DNA from: an uncultured Nitrospira sp. | Lineage (GTDB): Bacteria > Nitrospirota > Thermodesulfovibrionia > Thermodesulfovibrionales > UBA6898 | Direction: 5' to 3' | Length of the DNA: 64,000 bases | Assembly (NCBI GenBank): GCA_963801505.1 | Contig: CAWDEY010000002.1 | Span: forward strand, 14,231 to 78,230 | Part shown: positions 57,832-64,000 of the stretch, piece by piece | Position numbering within the stretch: the stretch's first letter is position 1 | How the letters are laid out: each line of letters starts with the position of its first letter | Notes under the pieces: model-generated | Databases searched by the model: none | What the model was told of the DNA's origin: nothing | What the model saw: the letters and a program-made list of their open reading frames with translations, nothing else | Translations under genes and position numbers: made by a program

Positions 57832-58174
57832 CCCGGTCTTTAATCTCTTTCAGAAGCTTGTCGATCTTGTAACCATATTCTATCGAGGTGTCAAAGCGGA
57901 ATTCAACAGTAGGGATGAACTTCATACTGAGTCTTTTTGAAAGGAGTGAACGTATAAAATATTTCGAAGAATTCAGAATCTCCAGGGTAACTTCACGGTC
58001 CTCTTCCTTAAGAACGCTCACATAAATCCTGGCTGATTTCATATCAGGGGCCATATCAACGCCGGTAACCGTAACAAAGCCTATCCTCGGGTCTTTGAGT
58101 CGATACATGATTATATCAGCGACCTCTTCACGTATAAGGTCTCCGACTCTCTGTGAACGTTTATAAGGTAGCAT
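57818..58174 (-). CDS. rbfA: ribosome-binding factor A
   Basis: RSQRVGDLIREEVADII, VTVTGVDMAPDMKSARIYVS; 118 aa; downstream of infB. Confidence 0.92.
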   Translation of the reverse strand: MLPYKRSQRVGDLIREEVADIIMYRLKDPRIGFVTVTGVDMAPDMKSARIYVSVLKEEDREVTLEILNSSKYFIRSLLSKRLSMKFIPTVEFRFDTSIEYGYKIDKLLKEIKDRDEDT

Positions 58175-58185
58175 AGTTTGTTTTT

Positions 58186-58245
58186 GGGATTGGAGGTTGG
58201 GTATTAGAGATTAGTTATTTACTAACCCCTGGCCCCTAACTCCTG
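58186..58245. repeat. bipartite heptamer-array element, intergenic (infB-rbfA)
   Basis: GGGATTG GAGGTTG GGTATTA GAGATTA, spacer GTTATTT, then ACTAACC CCTGGCC CCTAACT CCTGC. Confidence 0.75.
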
Positions 58246-58247
58246 CT

Positions 58248-60575
58248 TTATAGTTTAGTGGCAAATTTTTCTATAATGTAGTTTTCGAAGACATCGCCTA
58301 TTTTTATATCATTAAAATTCTCGATCATAATGCCACATTCATACCCTGTCTGGACCTCTTTTACATCATCTTTGAATCTCTTCAGGGTACTTATCTTGCC
58401 CTCATACACCACAATATTGTCCCTTAAAACGCGGACCCCGTCGGACGCGCGCGAAATGTGTCCGTCGATCACGTACGAACCGGCTATGGTACCAAGCCTG
58501 GATACAGGAAACACCTGTCTTACCTCAGCCCTTCCGAGCACCTTCTCTTTAAGCGTAGGCTCAAGCAGGCCTTCGAGCGCCTTCCTCACATCTTCTATAG
58601 CTTCATAGATCACATTATAGAGTCTTATATCGACACCTTCTTTTTCCGCGATCTGAGAAGCCTTTGCTTCAGGCCTTACATTGAATCCTATAATGATCGC
58701 GTTGGAAGCCGTCGCCAGCATTACATCAGACTCGTTTATACCGCCAACAGAGGTATGTATTACCCTCACTTTGACCTCAGGATGGGTAATATTCTCAAAG
58801 GCGTCCTTGATAGCTTCAACAGAGCCCTGCACATCACCTTTGATAATTATGTTCAATTCCTTGATCTGTCCCTCTTTTATCTTTATGTAGAGTTCGTCAA
58901 GTGTCAGTTTTTTGGCCTTTGCAATCTCGATGGACCTTTGTTTCTGGAACCTCGCCAGCGCGATCTGCCGGGCCTTTTTTTCATCCTCGGTGACCGTAAA
59001 TATATCGCCTGCAGCAGGCACTTCTGAAAATCCTATTACTTCAACGGGTGTTGAAGGTCCGGCAGATTGTATTCTTTTGCCGGTATCATCTATAAGTGCC
59101 CGCACCTTACCAACATGAGCTCCTGACAGCAATGCGTCTCCGACTGTCAAGGTGCCTGACTGGACAAGAAGTGTTGCCACAGGGCCTCGTCCTTTATCAA
59201 GTTTGGCCTCTATAATAGTCCCCCTGGCCTTTCTGGAAGGATTGGCCTTTAGCTCCATTACTTCAGACTGAAGAAGGATCATCTCAAGCAGGTGTTCGAT
59301 ACCGACCCGTTTCTTGGCCGAAACCTCAACAAAGATATTTTGGCCGCCCCATTCCTCGGCAATGACACCTTTTTCTGAAAGCTCTGTCCTTACCCGTCCC
59401 ACATTTGCTTCTGGCTTATCTATTTTATTAACAGCCACCAAAATAGGAACGTTGGCTGCCTTGGCATGGTTGATGGCCTCTATGGTCTGCGGCATAACAC
59501 TGTCATCCGCAGCTACCACAAGGACGACAATATCCGTGACCTTTGCTCCCCTTGCCCTCATCGCGGTAAAGGCTTCATGTCCGGGTGTATCTAGGAAAAC
59601 AATGTCCTTGCCTTTTAAGTTCACTTTATAAGCCCCGATGTGCTGTGTAATTCCCCCTGCTTCTGTAGCAGTGACCTTTGTTTCACGGATCGCATCAAGA
59701 AGTGATGTTTTGCCATGGTCAACATGTCCCATGATCGTCACTACAGGGGCACGCTGCACAAGTTTGGAAGCGTCTTCCTGAAGTTCTACTTCTTCAACTA
59801 TATCTTCTTCTACAGAGGCAATTTCCATTTTGATCCCGAAATTCTCCGCGACCAGCAAAGCTGCATCAGCATCAACAGGCTGGTTTATGGTCGGCATATA
59901 TCCGAGTTCCATAAATTTTTTTATCACGTCTGTAAATTTCAGACCAAGGAGTTCTGAAAACTCCTTCACCGTAGCGCCTTCACGAAGTTTAAGGGTTTTC
60001 TTCCGGGGCATTGTTGAGAGAACAGCAGATTTTTCTTCCTGCCTGAACCCAGGCCTTCCCCTGTCGCCCTTTTTGTGTCCCCTGGTATCCTGCCATTTTT
60101 TTGGCTCTATCTTTCTGATGGTCTGAAATGCACGCTGCAGACCAGGCTTTGCCTTGAATTTCTCTATCTTTTCAGCCTCTATCTCCTTTTTAAACCTGTC
60201 CGGCAATTTCACTTCTTCTTCACTTTCAGCGACAGCAGGGAGGGGAATGTCTTCTCCTGCCGGAGAAGGGACTTCTATTTTTACTGAAGAAGGTCCCGGC
60301 TTTCCCTGTTCCACCTCAGCCTTTTTACCATGGGCCTTGATATCCGAAGGAACTTTCCCCGCAGGTATCTCTCCGGCCTTTTTTAGTCCTTCAGGCCCGA
60401 TCTTCTCCCTAGGAGATTTAGGTGAAAATGCATCACTTATTTTTTTTGCGATATCCTCTTCGATACCAGAAGTATGAGTTTTGCCTTCAATGCCTATCCT
60501 GGTGAGCTCGTCGATAATCTCCTTGCTCTGTTTGTTTAATTTTTTGGCTAATTCGTAAATTCTTACTTTTGGCAT
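58248..60575 (-). CDS. infB: translation initiation factor IF-2
   Basis: G-domain [24 protein letters not shown]; 775 aa. Confidence 0.96.
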   Translation of the reverse strand: MPKVRIYELAKKLNKQSKEIIDELTRIGIEGKTHTSGIEEDIAKKISDAFSPKSPREKIGPEGLKKAGEIPAGKVPSDIKAHGKKAEVEQGKPGPSSVKIEVPSPAGEDIPLPAVAESEEEVKLPDRFKKEIEAEKIEKFKAKPGLQRAFQTIRKIEPKKWQDTRGHKKGDRGRPGFRQEEKSAVLSTMPRKKTLKLREGATVKEFSELLGLKFTDVIKKFMELGYMPTINQPVDADAALLVAENFGIKMEIASVEEDIVEEVELQEDASKLVQRAPVVTIMGHVDHGKTSLLDAIRETKVTATEAGGITQHIGAYKVNLKGKDIVFLDTPGHEAFTAMRARGAKVTDIVVLVVAADDSVMPQTIEAINHAKAANVPILVAVNKIDKPEANVGRVRTELSEKGVIAEEWGGQNIFVEVSAKKRVGIEHLLEMILLQSEVMELKANPSRKARGTIIEAKLDKGRGPVATLLVQSGTLTVGDALLSGAHVGKVRALIDDTGKRIQSAGPSTPVEVIGFSEVPAAGDIFTVTEDEKKARQIALARFQKQRSIEIAKAKKLTLDELYIKIKEGQIKELNIIIKGDVQGSVEAIKDAFENITHPEVKVRVIHTSVGGINESDVMLATASNAIIIGFNVRPEAKASQIAEKEGVDIRLYNVIYEAIEDVRKALEGLLEPTLKEKVLGRAEVRQVFPVSRLGTIAGSYVIDGHISRASDGVRVLRDNIVVYEGKISTLKRFKDDVKEVQTGYECGIMIENFNDIKIGDVFENYIIEKFATKL

Positions 60576-60709
60576 TAGTCCCTAACCTTATAAAGAAATT
60601 AATATTCGGATTGTAAAATATAGATTACCGGTTACAGTCTTGTAACAGTAATTGCATTATGCTATCATAAAAGACTTCGTTAATGCAATTGTGAAAGGGG
60701 GATTAGAGA

Positions 60710-60898
60710 ATGGCGAGCTGTATAGCATGTGGCAAAAAGAAGACTGTCGGCAACAATGTAAGTCACGCTAATAATAGAACAAAAAGACAGATTATGCCTA
60801 ATCTGCAAAGGACGCGTATTACAACTGACAGTGGCGTCAAACGTGCATACGTATGCACGAGATGCCTGCGCTCAGGAAACGTTAAAAAGGTTGTTTAG
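60710..60898 (+). CDS. rpmB: 50S ribosomal protein L28 (Cys-containing, zinc-ribbon type)
   Basis: [23 protein letters not shown]...PNLQ and CTRC; 62 aa. Confidence 0.9.
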   Translation: MASCIACGKKKTVGNNVSHANNRTKRQIMPNLQRTRITTDSGVKRAYVCTRCLRSGNVKKVV

Positions 60899-61347
60899 TG
60901 AAAAAGACTGGCGCTGTTCTTGGTCCTCTTTTGAAAAATCTCGGACTCGAGAGCGGTGTCAGGCTTGCCCGGATCAAACATGACTGGTATGTAATCTTTG
61001 ATGGACAGATCACTTCCAATCTTTTTCCAGTTAGTCTCTCAGAGAGGGAACTCCTGCTTTATGTGACTTCACCAATATGGATGCAGCAGTTCTCCTTTCA
61101 TAAAAGCGAAATAATTAAGAAGCTGAGCGCATATGGGGTGCAGGACATAAGGTTCAGGCTCGGCAGAATCCCTCAAAGAAAACAGAAAATATCACCTGGA
61201 GGCAAGGCTCCGGAACTTACCCCGGAAAACGTGTTTTTTATAACTGAACTTCTGTCTGACATAAGCGATGAAAACCTGAAGGTGACCATAAAAAAAGCGG
61301 TCGAAAAATCCTTAACATCAAAAAGGTCCTCTCTGCAATCTGATTAG
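60898..61347 (+). CDS. DUF721-domain protein (DciA-like)
   Basis: LLKNLGLE...ARIKHDWYVIFDGQI...LLLYVTSPIWMQQFSFHKSEII pattern is typical of DUF721; start overlaps the rpmB stop. Confidence 0.6.
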   Translation: MKKTGAVLGPLLKNLGLESGVRLARIKHDWYVIFDGQITSNLFPVSLSERELLLYVTSPIWMQQFSFHKSEIIKKLSAYGVQDIRFRLGRIPQRKQKISPGGKAPELTPENVFFITELLSDISDENLKVTIKKAVEKSLTSKRSSLQSD

Positions 61348-61357
61348 CCCAAAAATA

Positions 61358-61585
61358 CCTTTAAAAATAACCACAGAGTTCACAGAGGTATTTTAATTTT
61401 AGAGGCTCTTGCAAAGTCCCAAAAAACGAGCTTGCCGCGCTTCGCTCGCAATGACAAATGGCGCCTTTGCTGTCATTGCGAGGGGTGAAGCGACGTGGCA
61501 ATCTCACGGACGGAGACTTTTACAGAAGCCCCTTTTACTCTCAATATGTTTCTCTGTGCGCTCTGTGGTTAAATGCTTTTAAAGG
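61358..61585. mobile_element. MITE-like element, family A copy 5, with nested hairpin repeat
   Basis: CCTTTAAAAATAACCACAGAGTTCACAGAGG ... TCTCTGTGCGCTCTGTGGTTAAATGCTTTTAAAGG; the core holds GCTTCGCTCGCAATGACA...TGTCATTGCGAGGGGTGAAGC. Confidence 0.8.
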
Positions 61586-61594
61586 ATTTCCCTG

Positions 61595-62836
61595 CTATGC
61601 CGACTCAGCCTGCTTCTCGTAAATAAGAAGCGGCTTGTCCTTTTTGACCACTGTCTCCTCAGTTATCAGACATTCTTTGATGCCTTTCTGGGACGGTATC
61701 TCGTACATGACGTCCAGCATAATCTCTTCAAGAATTGCCCTGAGCCCCCTTGCCCCGGATTTCCGCTTCACTGTTTTCTTTGCAATTGCTGACAATGCAC
61801 CTTCTGTAAACTTCAGCCTGACGTTGTCAAATGAAAGCAGTTTCTGATACTGCTTGATCAGGGAATTCTTGGGTTCCATCAGAATCCTTACAAGAGATGC
61901 CTCGTCCAATTCATCCAGGGTCGTAACAACAGGCAGTCTACCGACAAATTCAGGGATGAGACCGTATTTGATCAGGTCCTGTGGTTCTGCCATTCTGAGC
62001 AGATCACCTATCTTCCTTTCGGTTTTACTGACTACTTTCGAACCGAACCCTACAGTCTTTTTGCCTATCCTCTGGTCCAAAATAGCTTCCAGCCCTGTAA
62101 AAGCACCTCCGCAGATAAAAAGAATATTAGTAGTATCTACCTGTATAAACTCCTGTTGAGGGTGTTTGCGGCCTCCCTGTGGAGGTATATTGGCAACAGT
62201 ACCTTCAATAATTTTCAGGAGGGCCTGCTGGACGCCTTCACCGGAGACGTCTCTCGTGATAGAGGGGTTATCGGATTTTCTGCTTATCTTGTCAATCTCA
62301 TCGATATATACTATCCCCCTCTGCGCCTTCTCTACGTCGTATTCAGCAGCCTGAAGGAGCTTGAGTATAATGTTCTCGACATCCTCGCCAACATAGCCTG
62401 CCTCTGTGAGAGTAGTTGCATCGGCAATTGTAAAGGGCACATTCAGGGTCCTGGCAAGGGTCTGCGCAAGCAGAGTTTTGCCGGTGCCAGTCGGGCCGAC
62501 GAGCAATATATTACTTTTCTGAAGTTCTACCTCAGATTCCGCGGGATTATAAATCCTCTTGTAATGGTTGTGAACTGCTACGGAAAGGATCCTCTTGGCA
62601 TGTTCCTGACCTATTACATAATCATTCAATATAGCATGGATCTCTTTTGGCGTAGGCAGTTTCGGCAAGGCCTCGCCACTTGTTTCCGTGTACAATTCAT
62701 CAGCAATGATTTCATTGCACAGTTCGATACATTCATTGCATATATACACTGTAGGCCCTGCTATGAGTTTTTTTACCTCGTCCTGTCCTTTGCCGCAGAA
62801 CGAACATTTAAGGGCCTCTTCATCTTTTTTAGCCAT
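61595..62836 (-). CDS. clpX: ATP-dependent Clp protease ATP-binding subunit ClpX
   Basis: Zinc-finger CSFCGK...CNEC, Walker [17 protein letters not shown]. Confidence 0.97.
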   Translation of the reverse strand: MAKKDEEALKCSFCGKGQDEVKKLIAGPTVYICNECIELCNEIIADELYTETSGEALPKLPTPKEIHAILNDYVIGQEHAKRILSVAVHNHYKRIYNPAESEVELQKSNILLVGPTGTGKTLLAQTLARTLNVPFTIADATTLTEAGYVGEDVENIILKLLQAAEYDVEKAQRGIVYIDEIDKISRKSDNPSITRDVSGEGVQQALLKIIEGTVANIPPQGGRKHPQQEFIQVDTTNILFICGGAFTGLEAILDQRIGKKTVGFGSKVVSKTERKIGDLLRMAEPQDLIKYGLIPEFVGRLPVVTTLDELDEASLVRILMEPKNSLIKQYQKLLSFDNVRLKFTEGALSAIAKKTVKRKSGARGLRAILEEIMLDVMYEIPSQKGIKECLITEETVVKKDKPLLIYEKQAESA

Positions 62837-62885
62837 ATCAACCTCCGGTTACGCGTTGAGGGAAAACAATGTTCAGTCCACCCTC

Positions 62886-63473
62886 TTACTTCTTGATCGA
62901 GTCAATCACTTCATCCACAACGCCGTATGCTTTTGCCTCGTGCGCTGACATGAAAAAGTCCCTGTCAGTATCAGTACGGATCTTTTCCAGAGGCTGGTCC
63001 GTATGCTTGGAAATTATCTGATTCAATGAGTCCTTCATCTTTAATATTTCCCTGGCATGTATTTCTATATCAGTCGCCTGCCCCTGGAAACCTCCCATCG
63101 GCTGATGCAGCATTACCCTCGCATTGGGAAGCGAATACCTCTTTCCTTTTGTGCCTGCGGAAAGAAGGAGCGCCCCCATGCTGGCGGCCTGACCTATACA
63201 GTATGTGGCGATATTTGGTTTGACATACTGCATGGTGTCATAAATCGCGAGTCCTGCAGTAACAATACCTCCGGGTGAATTTATATATATATGTATGTCT
63301 TTGTCAGGGTCATCAGTCTGAAGAAAAAGAATCTGCGCTACTACTGCGTTAGCGACATTGTCGTCTATTGAGGTCCCTAAAAATATGATCCTGTCTTTGA
63401 GCAGCCTCGAATATATATCGTATGCCCTCTCGGACCTCCCTGTCTGTTCTATAACTATCGGAATAACACTCAT
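62886..63473 (-). CDS. clpP: ATP-dependent Clp protease proteolytic subunit
   Basis: Catalytic GQAASMG Ser, HQP His; 195 aa. Confidence 0.97.
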   Translation of the reverse strand: MSVIPIVIEQTGRSERAYDIYSRLLKDRIIFLGTSIDDNVANAVVAQILFLQTDDPDKDIHIYINSPGGIVTAGLAIYDTMQYVKPNIATYCIGQAASMGALLLSAGTKGKRYSLPNARVMLHQPMGGFQGQATDIEIHAREILKMKDSLNQIISKHTDQPLEKIRTDTDRDFFMSAHEAKAYGVVDEVIDSIKK

Positions 63474-63474
63474 G

Positions 63475-64000
63475 TTACGCCCCTTTCACCACATCAGCCT
63501 TTGAAAGCAGAAGGTCCATTACCTTCTCGTCCTGTATGGTATGTTTGAAATTCTCCAGAGAACCGTCCTTGGTAATAAAAAGATTAATAACATTTTCAGG
63601 GGTCGTCTGAAAATGTCTCGCAAGGACCGCCAGCCTTGTTTTCATCTCGTCTTCAGTAACTGTTACGCCCTCTTTTTCCGCAATCATGTCAAGCAAAATT
63701 GTGGCCTTTACATTTTTTATCGCCTGGGGCCTAAGTCTTTCTGCTATTTCAGAAACTTCCTTGTTCTCAGCGCTTTTTCCATCCTCAGATTCGCTGATCA
63801 ACTCACCTGATTTCTTTTGAGACGCCCTCTCGTTTACGACAAGGTTCTCAAGTTCCTTCTCAAGCAGAGATTCAGGGACATCCATTTCATGGGCCTCAAC
63901 AAGCATATCAAGGAGTTTTGTCTTTTGCTGCTTTGCAACGCTGTCTTTTTTGGCATTCAAAATCCCTACCCTGATCTTTTCCTTAAGGGCTTCAAGTGAG
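63475..64000 (-). CDS. tig: trigger factor, C-terminal part (gene runs off the window)
   Basis: The frame is open to the window edge; helical C-domain upstream of clpP-clpX, the conserved tig-clpP-clpX order. Confidence 0.8.
   Translation of the reverse strand, partial: SLEALKEKIRVGILNAKKDSVAKQQKTKLLDMLVEAHEMDVPESLLEKELENLVVNERASQKKSGELISESEDGKSAENKEVSEIAERLRPQAIKNVKATILLDMIAEKEGVTVTEDEMKTRLAVLARHFQTTPENVINLFITKDGSLENFKHTIQDEKVMDLLLSKADVVKGA

Noticed and set aside
62156-62896. 246-aa plus-strand ORF
   Set aside because: It is antisense to clpX, which is unambiguous.

Overview
This 64 kb window is mostly bacterial core genome. It looks like an anaerobe-type lineage, with futalosine-pathway radical-SAM genes, hemerythrin and a NapH-like polyferredoxin, but no taxon can be proven from sequence alone.

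Gene blocks, left to right:
- LysR regulator and small redox or secreted proteins
- mqnE and mqnC
- a thioredoxin-reductase-like gene
- a pyrimidine operon: pyrR-pyrB-pyrC-carA-orf-carB
- a PFK-family kinase
- a thiol-redox membrane trio
- c-di-GMP genes (tandem PilZ, GAF-GGDEF)
- a DHH-CBS-CCA nucleotidyltransferase fusion
- PiT and DUF47
- aroC-aroK-aroB
- a complete 12-gene type II secretion cluster, gspC to gspN
- a 13-residue-repeat protein
- two CGGGG-lipoproteins, one carrying Big and He_PIG Ig-like domains
- pilMNOP plus a heavily decayed pilQ
- truB-nrnA-rbfA-infB
- rpmB and a DUF721 gene
- clpX-clpP-tig (tig partial)

No tRNA, rRNA or CRISPR array was seen.

The most unusual signal is at the nucleotide level. 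At least nine copies of a bipartite element occur, each made of two short arrays of degenerate heptanucleotide repeats separated by an A-rich spacer.
- Six copies sit inside ORFs: carB, carA, pyrC, mqnC, and the prepilin leaders of gspG and gspI.
- Five of those six leave the frame open; the mqnC copy coincides with an in-frame TAA.

The window also holds four or five families of MITE- or REP-like dispersed repeats and a roughly 100-codon cas3 relic. The gspC 5-prime region is duplicated on both sides of the repeat-protein gene.

Six single-base frame breaks occur in four genes, and each is repaired by deleting one base. These could be sequencing artefacts or real pseudogenes.
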